From: Podarcis bocagei
Lineage: Eukaryota
Length of the DNA stretch: 64,000 nucleotides
Strand: one strand, 5' to 3'
Assembly: GCA_964188305.1 (NCBI GenBank)
Contig: OZ076887.1
Part shown: piece by piece, positions 11,760-24,600 of the stretch
Numbering within the stretch: the first letter of the stretch is position 1
How the letters are laid out: each line of letters begins with the position of its first letter
Notes under the pieces: model-generated
Told to the model about the DNA's origin: nothing
Seen by the model: only the letters and a program-made list of their open reading frames with translations
The model's database searches: none
Made by a program: the position numbers and the translations under genes

Positions 11760-14187
11760 GAAACTGTATAACCTTTAACGAAGATTCACCTTCAATATAC
11801 TCAACAAGTTGGATGGCAACTTCAAAATTCACGGTTGAGCTTGATTCCAGGAGGATAACCATTCATTCAAACCTAGGTCAGCCACCCTAAATAAATAAAT
11901 GTCATTGTTATAACATTTTCCAATTGTTGTTTTCCTGCCAACAGCAAAATCCTATGCATGCTTAGTAAAAAATAACTCCTGCTGGGATCATTTGGTTTTA
12001 CTCTCAATTAAGTGTGCATAGGATTGCAGCCAGAGTTTTATTTACATGTTTGTTTCCAAATGATTTGATCTGACAGCTTTAGCAAAATGCTTTATTCTTT
12101 ATAACCTAGCTTGAATTGAGGGAAGCAGGCATGGAGAGACTCTATAAAGAAGACACAACTTCAGAGATATCCATGTATAACTCACCCAATGTAAATGTTC
12201 TGTGTGCTGTCAAAGACTGGGGATACTGCTGGCATTGACTGCAGACTCTCAAAACAAACTAACCAAGTCCAAGACTATTATGCAAAAATTCAGACCACTT
12301 TTTGCAAGAAGTCATTTCTGTTGGGGTAAATTAAACTTATGTCTAGTTTGTGGAGAAAGAAATATTTTAAACTGCTTTTAAAATGGGGGTGGGGTGTCCT
12401 TGAAATGCACTTTTGGAAAAGCTTTGATGGAGGTTTACTTTCAGTAGCAGTAGTCCATTTTTCCCCTCTGAAATTTTTAAGTGAAGCTAACTCATCTGGT
12501 GCACATCTGGATTTATAAAACACAACATAACTACCATTTTCTCTGCTCTACAATAGGCTTTTGCAACTGCACACTCTCTGAAATGGACAAGAATGTTATT
12601 GGTCTCCGAGCCTCACCAATCCTCAGTGAAATGGATACTTGAAACTTTTATTCCTATTGCAAATTTAATGAAAGTTCATTTTGATACCCAGATCAGGCTC
12701 CAAACTGGATTTTCCATTCCTAGGTAAGTTACAGCTGTTGAAATTTTGCTTCTCCTTGCAGCTGTTTGAAGGCACAAGAATCCAGTGAGGAAAAGGTGGC
12801 AATTCTACTTGTCCCCCAAGGCATCTTTCTAGACTAGCAGCAGGATTACCAACTTTATTTTCCTGCTTCCGTGAGTTTAGCAGTAGCCTGATATGAAAAG
12901 CAGGGTTTCTATGAAGACTGTACTCCAATGCACTTAGGAATAAGGCCACTTCTAAGTACACTGGCTGGAAACTGCTTTCCCCACAATTGATATAGACATG
13001 TTATGAAGAGCTTCACCTGTTTACTTTCAGCATGTTAAGCTACTGTCAAAGGCACAGGAATGCAATCCAATATACACTACTTCGGGAGCCAGTCATATTC
13101 GATTCAATAGGTAATCATGCATTGGATCGAGCTGCATGTGGCAAAATAACTGTTCCTGAAGGTAACATTTTGCTGGTTTCTCTATAGGAATAATGTAGTG
13201 TCACTATGTAATGACTAATTATATTTCTGAAGTAGGACATAGTCAAGATTACTAACACAATCTTACTCAGAAGTCCCACTTTGTTCAATGAGGTTTACCC
13301 TAAAATAAGTGTCTCTCACAAAACTGTAGTACAGTACTTCCCCTATCTTTAGCTCCATCTTGATGTACTTGGCCCCACCTCCCAATAGCTGCCCTATCCT
13401 CTTTCCCTCTAGTCACCTCTGGGGTTAAAGGGCCCTTTGGAGATTTGGAGGGCATGTAGGGGAGCTAAGGGAGCAAAGGAAGGGGAATCCCATTGCACAC
13501 ACAGAAATCTGCTGCACAATTAGGTGGACATCACTAGATGTTGTCCTATATATTTGCTTTCAATGAAGGATGTTCAAGGTAGTGCTAAGAACATAGGCCA
13601 TCAATCCAGTTAAAATACTGCAAAGATAGTAGGTACACAAGAGGCAAAGACCTGCAGGACTATCCACTCACCTTTTAAAAAGGACTACCTACTTAAAGTC
13701 TGCATTTTCAACAAAATGATCTACTTCTTCCCATTTAAGTCAGTGGACAATTCAACTTTGATTTTAATGAGCCTGAACAGTCCTCAATGGAAAAAAAGAA
13801 CAGCTTCTAAAGTTTTTATCCACACTTTACCAATGGCACATTTAGTTCCACATTTCAAATGAGGTGTGGGCTTAAAAAACCCACCAAAGTATCAGCTACA
13901 CTGCAATTTGCTTTTGAAGCATAGTACTTTCAAAAGCAGTAGTGAAAGAATGTGGGATCCACACCTGTAATAAAGAAAGAAAGAAATCCTACTGGGATGG
14001 CCAATATGAAAATACCTATTTCAATAGGAATCAACTAGAAATGCTCAACACTATATGTGAACTAAAATATTACAAGTTGTATTAACTTATTTTTTAAAAG
14101 CTGATAGGAATTGGCTTGTGTCCCTTCTGTTTTCTTTCAATATATTAAAGTTTAAAACTATTTTTCTCTTCCTGCTAAATATCACTA

Positions 14188-14548
14188 AAGGTAAAGGGAT
14201 CCCTGACCATTAGGTCCAGTCGCAGACAACTCTCTGGGATAGCGGCGCTCATCTCGCTTTACTGGCTGAGGGAGCTGGCGTTTGTCCGCAGACAGTTTCC
14301 AGGGCATGTGGCCAGCATGACTAAGCTGCTTCTGGTGAACCAGAGCAGCGCATGGAAATGCCGTTTACCTTCCTGCCGGAGTGGTACCTATTTATCTACT
14401 TGCACTTTGACGTGCTTTCGAACTGCTAGGTTGGCAAGAGCAGGGACTGAGCAACGGGAGCTCACCCCATCACAGGCATTCGAACCGCCGACCTTCTGAT
14501 CGGCAAGTCCTAGGCTCTGTGGTTTAACCCACAGCGCTACCCGCGTCC
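14188..14548 (-). mobile_element. Full-length Sauria SINE
   Basis: tRNA-like head with GGTTCGAA B-box, ACCTTT tail, TSD ATCACTA (14181-14187 / 14549-14555). Confidence 0.85.
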
Positions 14549-15039
14549 ATCACTAGTCATGCTTTAATTCACAAAGAGCTGGATTCAGACCTGCCATGTT
14601 ACAAATGAAAAAGGCTTCTCTAATGGAAATGTGTTGATTAAAGGAAGCTGCTGCTCTGCAAACTGGACATTCTTGCAGGTAGAATGGAGATGCAGTATTT
14701 GCTGATTCCACTTAAGAGTCCTGAGCGCCAAGTTATTGTATTAAAATTTGAATTCCATATAATTTTAAAGAAATACTTCAGTATCTAGGACAGAACAGTA
14801 CAATTGCTAAACAAATAGAAAATCATTAAGTGGTCTGCCAAGACACTCAGCAATTTTCAGGTGGTCCAGGAGATAACAAGTTTGGGAACCACTACCTTAG
14901 ATCACAAACATACTTGGGAGTAAGCCCAATTTAAATAAATTAAACTTGAATAAACATGTGTAAGATCAAGCTGTTAGGAGACCTATAACAATGGAGCAAA
15001 AGTCCAATAGCTCATAAATGCCAATGCAATACTATAAAC

Positions 15040-15293
15040 CAGGGGTCAGCAAACCTTTTCAGCAGGGGGCCGGTCCACTGTCCCTCAGACCTCGTGGGGG
15101 GCCGGACTATCTTTGGGGGTGTTGGAATATGAACAAATTCTTATGCCTCACAAATAACCCAGAGATGCATTTTAAATAAAAGGGCACATTCTACTCATGT
15201 AAAAACATGCTGATTACCGGACCATCCGGGGGCCGGATTTAGAAGGTGATTGGGCCACATCCGGCCCCCGGGGCCTTAGTTTGCCTACCCACG
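15040..15293. mobile_element. hAT-type MITE, copy 1
   Basis: CAGGGGTCAGCAAAC...GTTTGCCTACCCACG, perfect 8-bp TSD CTATAAAC. Confidence 0.9.
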
Positions 15294-16139
15294 CTATAAA
15301 CTATGAGGACAAAAGACACAGCTAACTTTTATAACTGTTAATACCTACAATCATTATGTCTCAAAAACACCACATTGAGGCACACTTTTAAAACAAAAGA
15401 AAATAAAGCACAGTAATCTTTTCATTCCTCCCCCCTTAAGTAAAATTTATATATGTGAGGTTCTGTGTTTTTTGTTTACAATATTCCCTCTCTCCACCCT
15501 GGGCACAAGATAATATAGTATGCCATCTAGGCAAAAGTTTGTCTATTTTATTATTTGTATAGCATACAGCAGAATGTTAAGCACCTAATATTTAATAATG
15601 ACAATCAATACCAAAATACTTGGAAGTGGAGCTGTGGTTTAAAGAGAAAAAAACTTCAACTGCAGGTTTTTCTTCACAATTAGGCTATTTATGACTATAG
15701 ATCAGTTCAACTCAAAAGTGCACCTAAGCAAAGTACTATACAGTACTGTAAACCAGAAAAAGAAAAGCCTATCAGCATCATATCAGTTAGATAATGTTCT
15801 CTGTTAAGTGATTTGATCTTGCAGATTAATCTCAGATTCACATTGGTGTTATACTTTGAACAGACTTTCTTTTTCATCTAATCATTATTCCAAGCAGTAA
15901 GATGAAACATTTAAAAAATTATAATACAGATCTGGCTGGTTGGAGAAATAGTAGGCAGGTTTCTAAACAATTCTGATCTGTCCTGGGAGAATGTTAACTA
16001 CTACCTTTCTTTAATTATCATTTTTTTAAAACCAGTCAGCAAGATAGAGAGATCTGACAGGAAAACGAAATTCCAAATAGAGAAATAAAAGAGAACAGCT
16101 ACTTCGTAAAGACGTTGCACTTACTTCTCGTCAGCACGG

Positions 16140-17260
16140 CATGAAAAAGTGGGGAACGGATGGAGAGCAGGAAATAAATAAGGTGGCTGCAAGCGGGTGT
16201 CTAAGGTTGAATGGGACGGATGGTCTAATAAGGAACGCCCACGACACCAAAAAGGCCAGAAACCTGCCTGAGAGAAGCTGTACGGAGACGGAGGAATGCG
16301 GGGGGAGGAAGGAGGTGAGACGCTCACCACGCAAGGGAGGCAGCGACGTTCTTGCCGTGGCAGCGAAGGACCCGTTATAACACCCCAGGCCAAGGCGTGC
16401 GGTGCGCAGGGCCTTCCCCATTAACTAGCCACCGAGTTTCCTTCCCTGAGGCGGAACTGCAGCCAAGCCTTCCTACCCACCTGCCTGAGGGAGGAGGAGG
16501 AGACGGCAGCGCCTCAAGGCGAGCGATTCCCAGAGGGGCGGGAGCGGCGCGTCTCTGCAGCGGCCAGCAAAGCTTCGGTCCCCGGTGCTGATGGCAGCAG
16601 TTGCTCGTCCCCTCCCCCCCTGCAATATCTCCCACCCCCCCTTTTTCCGGGGTTCAGTTCCGGGCCGCCATTTTGTCGGAGGGCCTGTCGCCCAAGGTTC
16701 CCGGATGTAAAACCTTTTCCCGTCTTCCTTTGCGTGTTTCGCCGGCTTCTGGCCTCCTCCTCCTCCTCTCCCCCCGCTTTGGAATGCGAGGAGTCAGAAG
16801 CCTCCGCCTTCTCGGGGGGGGGGGGTGCGGGTGATGCAACTGGCGAGGGAAGCCGGGCCAGGCGAGCAGTGGGGAGAAAGCAGGTGCGTGCCTGTCTCGC
16901 AGCGCCTGTGAGCTGCTGCGGGGAGCCGGCTCCCTCTCACCGAAGGGAGGCAGAGGAGCTGGCAGTGCCAACGAGCAGCAGCAGCCTCCGCTTGCTTCTG
17001 CCCGGGAGGAGCACGCAGCGCAAGGGGCTGCTCAGGCGGGCGAGCAAGCGGGCCAAACAGTAGGGCCTGGGCAATGATATGAGCGTGCCGCTGAGAGAGC
17101 GAGAGATGGCTGCGGCAGCTGTTTCTTGCAACTAGTTTCGTTGCTCGGTTGCCGGCGAGCAGTAGGTGGCTGCAAGGAACAGCTGCAGTCTCTACTCACG
17201 GGTCGCTTCTCGCTCGCCTGCTCTGGCTGTCGGGGGGTGCGGATCGGCCCATTGGGTGGG
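16140..17260 (-). promoter_or_regulatory. LATS1: LATS1 CpG-island promoter / non-coding exon 1 region
   Basis: GC/CpG-rich island upstream of exon 2. YY1-type motif GCCGCCATTTT at 16664-16674. Candidate minus-strand donors near 16124 (GTAAGT), 16327 and 17199 (GTGAG). Exact exon 1 is unresolved. Confidence 0.75.
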
Positions 17261-17672
17261 CTAAGTAGAGGACAGAACCAGGCATTCTGATTCCTTCGGC
17301 TTAGCCTACCCCCCATTCTTCAGGGAAACAGTTCTCAGACCCAGGACACACTCTTCACCCAAAGTAGGGGACACATTCCTTAATCTTTTACCGTGCATTT
17401 GCATGGTGGTAGTGCTCCTGTTGTGGCCCACCTTGGATCAGGCCACAACTCACAAGTGGCATAGGGCTGTTTAGCCTAACCCTAACTGAAGACTTATTGT
17501 GGAGGTAAAACTATGGCCTTCACATGGTTTCTGTAACAGGACAGCCTTCTTTGGAGTGCATCAGTGGCTTCCTACCCACCTACCCCAAACAGCTCTTGGT
17601 CCTATACACCTGGAGGAGGGCTGGAACAAACTATTCACTTTTGGTTTAAAAAGCTCACTTGGACCCATAGAC

Positions 17673-17790
17673 TAAGGTTACCAGACGTCCCCAGATTTAC
17701 AAATCAGTCCCCTGACAAAATCCATCTACGGTATTTAGTAGGAAGTTGAAAAGTGTCCCCGGATTCATTGAAAAAAATCTGGTAACCTTA
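17673..17790. mobile_element. hAT (Tip100-like) MITE
   Basis: TIR TAAGGTTACCAGA / TCTGGTAACCTTA. 8-bp TSD (C/T)CATAGAC. Confidence 0.85.
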
Positions 17791-17838
17791 TCATAGACCC
17801 TTCTCCTGGCAGCCCTGCTTACAGCTATCAAAGACAGC

Positions 17839-17844
17839 TTTATT
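17839..17844 (-). terminator. NUP43: Candidate NUP43 polyadenylation signal (AATAAA)
   Basis: tttatt on the + strand about 830 nt downstream of the NUP43 stop, just before the LATS1 island. Confidence 0.45.
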
Positions 17845-18677
17845 ATTCAATAAATATGTTCAAGTTCTGTAATAATTGTTTAAGCACTCGAGTGTAGGAA
17901 AAAGAAAACCAACTTCTATTGACAGTTTAATAAAGTTTTCTCATAAATGATACATGCAGTCAGTTTCTTAACAATTTTACAAACAGTTGTGTTTCTTAAA
18001 TTGATAAGGCTGTTGAACCTTAGCACACTTAACTGGGAAAAAGTCTTCCTGAAATCAGTGGGACTTACTTCCAAGTAAAAATTCATAGTAACAGTGCTAA
18101 TCTAAATGGAATTTGTATGACAGGCCAAAGATTGATACAGAGATTGTCAGATACAGTGTTGGAGGTATGCAGTGTCACATTAAAGTTACTATTTCAAACC
18201 ATTTCATGGCTTACTATTAAAATTTTGAAGCATTTTAACAGTCTACTGTTTCCGTTTTCTTTTGCCAAGATTTATATTTTTTCAGCTTCGATTAGAAGTA
18301 TTGTAACCTAATTGGTACATACAAATACAACATAAGTCTCCCCAAAACAAGCATTTGTTCAGAAATTAACCTACTGCCACTATCAGTAACCTAAACATTA
18401 ATTATACTCTTCATGATTGCTGAAGAACTGTAAAAGTGGCTGAACTATCCTTTTAAATTTTTGAGCTTTAGGTAGCTTACTGCAAAGAGGAGTTGGTAAC
18501 CCATGAACTAGAAAGAAATGGCAATTATTTTTCTTTTATGTAACATGGTTAAAGAATTGAGGCTGCAATGTGAATTGTAGTTTATCTGCCATTACAAATT
18601 ATTCCCCTAGTTTATGACTAGAAAATGTATGTATTTCAGCATTTACAAGTTCAAAATCAGCTTTGGTGGAGATAAAA

Positions 18678-21600
18678 TTATGCAAATAGGTTTTTTTTAA
18701 CATAAATAGATTCTGCATCAGTTCCGTATACAAGACATGATCCTAAAACATCTAAACTATTCACAGATAATGTTGGATTTGAAACTAAATTTGTGATCTC
18801 CATGCGGTCTTTAGTGGGATCATTGCTCAGCCAGGCACTTGTTACAGATTGATTAACTGCACTGTGAGGCAGATATGTAGTAGTACTTCTCCCACCTAAA
18901 ATAAAACACAAAATGAGTTAATTTTTAACTTAAATGCAGAAATTAGAAAGTCATTGTTCTCCATAGCAAATGTGATGACTAACCGTTTTTCATGTTGTTA
19001 ACAGTTTAAGTATTTGGCTTTGCTGCTAACATCCCAGAAATATAGCCTACACCTCTTTCCTTCTTAACTTAGGGATGGGGTGGTGCTATGGTCTAAACCA
19101 CTGAGCCTTTTGAGCTTGCCCATCAGAAGGTCGGCAGTTCGAATTCCACTACGGGGTGAGCTCTGTCCCAGCTCCTGCCAACCTAGCAGTTCGAAAGCAC
19201 ACCGGTGCAAATAGATAAATAGGTACCACTGTGGTGGGAAGGTAAACGGCGTTTCTGTGCGCTCTGGTTTACGTCACAGTGTTCTGTTGCACCAGAAGCG
19301 GTTTAGTCATGCTGCACCACATGACCCAGAAAGCTGTCTGTAGACAAACGCTGGCTCCCTCGGCCTGAAGGCGAGATAAGTACCACGACCCCATAGTCGC
19401 CTTTGACTGGAATTCACCATCCAGGATCCTTTACCTTTTTTACCTTTGCCTTCTCAACTTATGAGAGCCTAGTACAAGTGTGAGACATGGTCCCTAGAGC
19501 CAGCTCCAGTTAGTAGGCTATCAGCTGTATTTTATACCAACTGCAGTTTCCAAACAGTTTTCAAAGACAGTATACAGTCAAAGTTCAGTATACAGGTTAC
19601 CAGACCACCCTATTCATTACCTATGAAGTCCTAAATGGTTTGGGACTTGGCAATCTGAAGGACTGCCTTCCAAAACATGAACGCTTCATTCTTCAGGTCT
19701 TGTCCATATCCCCTTGACAAGTTAGGCAAGTTGCCCTGAAGTTAGGCAAGTGATAATGGGAAGAGGATTTTCTCTGTCACAGTGTCTCTTATATTAAATG
19801 CTCTCCCAGGGAAACTTCCCTAGTGTCTACCTTCATTTCTGTTTGGTGTCAGGCAAAGACTTCATTGCCAATATGTTTCAACATACTTTGTAGATGGTTT
19901 AAAGTTGTTATGACTGCTGAATTTTATGTTTTTTATGGGTTTTATTATTAGAAATTATATTTTCTATAGTGTTTAACTATTTGAGTTGCATGGTTCTCTT
20001 GGAGTCTTTTACCAAAGGGCTGCCTATAAATAACAGAGTAGCAGCAGCATGGGCAAAACCACTGTTCTTCAGGTGCTACACGTGTTATGCTACATAATGC
20101 AACACATTATTTCCTTCTCTTCCCCGGGCTCATCTCTGTTTTTAAAATTCATGGCCTAGCCTTCAACCACTTGATTTCAAGGGGATCTCTTCCACCCAAC
20201 TTTCAAAATTTGAGCCTTTCATTCTAGCACCTCCTTTTCTACATTTGTGTGTTTCCTTCAAGCACTACCAACCTTTCACTTCCTTTATCAGAGCAGTAAG
20301 TCACTGCTGAAAGTTTCATTCCCCAAACAGAGTGATTGTAAACATACCACATTACCACACCAACTTGGAAAATTGGCACCAGATACTGTACTGCTTTCAC
20401 CACAGAATCCCTTTGAGATTTCTAGTATATGTATATATTCCCTCCCTCCTCACATTAACCACAGATGGGATAGCAGAGAAACATTAGGCCAGTTTACGAA
20501 CTTGAAATGTAGATTGTGCCAAGTTTTACTGCTCTATCTTAATTTGGCTAGAGACACAGCATATTAGAAATAAACAGAAAATGCCAAACTGAATATCGCA
20601 ACAGAAGAACTCTCTGAAGATGAGCAGACAGAAAAATGTAGTAACATCTATACTTGATAAGCCCATGTTGTCCCATGCTTTTCCTTTACACTCACTCCCA
20701 AGTCTACTGACAGAAGATAAGCTCCTTCAAGTTTCTCAAAAATAGGAAATTTACCTGTATGAAGGAATGATTTTCTTTCAGACACATCAGTGGAAACATC
20801 CCAGTGCCACAGAGCTCCATCTTCTGAACAAGTGAACAGATGATCAGGATTGGAGGGATGAAAGTGGACTTCCCATACTGAAGAAGTAAACAAATTTTAT
20901 TGCAATATACACTAATCTGGACATAATAAAGATACTATATAGCATGAAGGTGTGTAACATTTTACAATAATAGACTATTATTAGAGGTTGAGTCTAATAC
21001 AGTGAACCTAAGTAGAACAGAAGCTTGAATTTTTACAAAGTAGACTCATACATATATTTTTTCTATGAACTACGAAATGATTTTGAGTATGCACACTGCC
21101 TCTGGAACAGAACCCTCACATGGGGTGTGATTGTAGCTTTTCCTGAAATGAAATTTGATTGAGAAAATACAGTGAAATCTCTATTGTTCCCTCTTGAGCA
21201 CCTTATGAGGGCATTCCACTGCTCAGACTATGTTCCCAAGTTACAGTTGCTACGCTCTTGTATATTTTGTAAAATGTGTCATAGTTTCTGTGCTAACTCT
21301 CCTGTCTCCCAGCAGAACAGAGGGTGACTGTACTGGGAATAAGTTCTATTTAAGAATTTTGTAATAAATTCTCTTATTCATTCATGTTCTGGAAGGGCTA
21401 ATTCCCTGATATGAAGACACACACATGCTCCTAGGGGTCCCTTGTAATGCTACAATTCTATTACAGTACCCTATGAATCTGGGGGCACAATGTTAAGAAA
21501 GGCTGGCTTAGAGCCATTTCTCTTTTACCTCATAGCTCGTATATATGGACACACCACAACCATTTGAATAACTGGAGGTTGTACAGACCTCCCAAACATA

Positions 21601-24600
21601 TACCCATGTATATGCCAAGGAGGAGAGATACAAGGGTCTATTGAGCTCTATGGAAATCCTGCCTCGCCCAAGTACTGTACTCATGTGTGGAAGGCTTGTA
21701 CCTCTAGTTGTTGACATTAGGACAGGCGCAAGAATTACGCCTGTTTGTTTCGATACTTACATTCTGCGTCATGAGCATTTAGCAAGGAAACTGGCATGCC
21801 GCCTTGTCTTACATCCCAAATACTCAACATTCCATCTTGGCTGCCTGTGGCTACAATGTGCTGCTGACTAGGGTGCCTATCCACACAGTGCAGTGGAACT
21901 CTTTCCCCTGTCCTGCAAGGCAAGAGGAACACACCTTTCAATGGGGAATCAAACAGGCTGTAATCCAGGAAGCAAATGACATTTAGCTATAGTGCTTGGC
22001 TTTAACAGCATTCCTTATCCGAGAGTACATACTTACAATGAAAATATCTGTGAAGGCTCATTTCCTTGCTGTCTGAAATCCCATACTTTTAGCTGACCAA
22101 TGGAATTGACTGTCAGGATCTCTGTTGTGCGAAGTTGAGTAACTGCATGAAGTGTACTGCTGTCAGCATTATCTACAGGAAATTAGAAAAAAATTAGAAA
22201 AAAAGTTCATATCATCTAAAATTGTATCACTCTTAGCAAGCATTGTTTGTTTATATATCAGAAAAGCAGAGTGAACAACTGTTTCTAAGAAGTAACTGTA
22301 GGATTTACCCCAAGAGATTAGAATTTTCTGGCATGTAAACTACTAGTTGGATATACTAATATACCTTCTCATTAAGGGTATACTAAGGTTGTAATCCTAT
22401 AGCCATTTACCTGGGAGTAATCCCCACAGAATTCAATATTACTGTTTCTGATATATTGCTCACACTTCTGTCTACCAAGTGAGACGGGGATTTTTGTACA
22501 ATGCTTATTAAAGTGCAAAGAATCCAATTAGAAACTTCATGAAAGTAAAGGTCAAGTATTTTAAAGTGTACATGGCCCTTCACAAACGATCAACACCAGA
22601 ATAACTTCATTGGCGTATGAGAGAAGAGTGTTGCCTCCCTGAGAACTGCTGACTGGTTTGTTATGCCACTATTTCATCATTAAATATCTCAATACCTTGG
22701 TTAAGAAACCAGTAGCAATTTTAGATTTTGTTAAATGGCTAAACAGTTTTGGTCTACAGCTTCCATTTTGCTGAAGCTATTGTTTCTTGTTCACTTTTCT
22801 AACCATTACTACAAAAGCACTTTTTTAACCATATTCGTTAAGATCTTACTGTTGAAGCTTTGCTGCATTTGCATATGAGTTCTTATGAAAACCACAGCAG
22901 AACGTGTCTGTCTGTAGGTCCCTGAGAATATTCTTTGCTCTAAAAAAACCTAATAATTTTATTAGAGAATGCTTTTAATGAGAAAGCAAACTACAGGCAT
23001 TGCAGCAGAGTATACCATTCCTATGGAAATTGGATGTGTGCAGAAGAAGTTTTAACAACTAATAGCAGTACTAACATATAGCAAAGCATGAGCTATACTT
23101 CGGTTCAAACAGGAGAGCTGTCAGTTTGGAAAATGTTTATCTCATCTGCTTAAAAACATTCAAAACACCTTGCCATGTAGATTAAGGCAGATGACAAAGG
23201 GCACCATCCAAAATTTAATGTCTTCCTGAGCCTCAATGAACTGGTGGTTTATAGGGTAAGGTAAGCAATGCTGCACATGCCCATCAATGTACAGTATCAG
23301 TGTAAATCACATTCCAGTATTTCATAATTGTATACACTTTGTTCTAAAAGTGTACTTAATATTCTTGTTCCCTACAGCTATGATTAAGTTCACATAAAAA
23401 TGGCACTCATGGATCTTCCAAGGACTCCCCAGACAATTGATTCATTTTTATCCTGAGCTAGCAAAAGGTGAGCAGGAAGGTTTACAACAATATGTTGCAC
23501 AAATATTTAGGACTTGAGCTCAAATTACTTACCTATAATACGTTTAGCTTCCTTATGGTCAACTTCAAACACATTTATCCTACCATCTTCACCAACCGTA
23601 AAAATTTCAGGGCTGTTGCATATGATCCCAGTGCATGATGCACTGCCACCAGATGCATCATAGTAATGTGCATTTTTCCATTTCTGGTTTAAAGACAGAG
23701 TCTAAAAGACAAAAGAGAGGATTAAACAGCCACCCTATGTGGAAAAAGTTAGTACAGTGTCTGAATTTAGAGCTGCGATGCACACATTCAAGTTCAAAAC
23801 TCCATCAGATATAAAAGGTTTTTGGGTAGCTTTATACAAATTACCACTTAGGCTAAACCAATTTACAGAGTGCAGTAAGACTGCATAAATGCAAACTGTA
23901 AATAAAATGGTACAATGAAAAATGCTACAGAAGTAACAACTACATAAGTTAGCTACTAAAGTTTCAAAAGTCAAGATAACAATCTACGTATTATATAAAT
24001 TGCCAGTAAATATATCTTCAGTTTTGCAAGCAGACACAGACTATATTTCTGTCTGCTCCTATACACCCCACATCTTCCAAAGGATTTTTTAAATGTTTGA
24101 AGTACAAATGCATGAGTGACATGTCCAGGTTTCAAGGAAGCAACACAGAGGTATTCTGTTTCCACCTTTCCTGGTAACTAGAATATGTTGGATGGGCAGC
24201 ATCATGAAAACCTTAATTAATGGTTTACCACAGATGTGCAGATGGCTCTCACTTCACTTCCTTTCTAACACATTCAGGAGCTACAAATCACAATCCCTAA
24301 CTTAGTGTTACATCCAAATTGGCAATCGTGGTTTGTTTCACTCCAAACCACAATGTCAAGTTAAGGTTAGTTCTTGACTTAATCGTGTATTTTTCTGGAG
24401 AAAAAGACATGATGCTAAACCAGGGGTGGTGGAATGTTGCTTCTTCGAGGGGAAGAGCAAAACAGACATAATCTCTATGTTCAGGGCAAACCATTTGTTA
24501 TTGTTAACACAACAAGCAAATTGGGTCGGTGTGTACACACTCACAATTAGCATGTCACAGATAGCTTCCAAAAAACCCTACTGTTTTTCAAAGCCTCAGT

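Noticed and set aside
14480-14548. tRNA gene (also at about 19072-19150 and 36236-36310)
   Set aside because: These are tRNA-derived SINE heads with SINE bodies and tails, not cloverleaf tRNAs.
16121-17316. Cluster of short ORFs in the LATS1 island
   Set aside because: CpG-island artefacts. The LATS1 CDS begins in exon 2.
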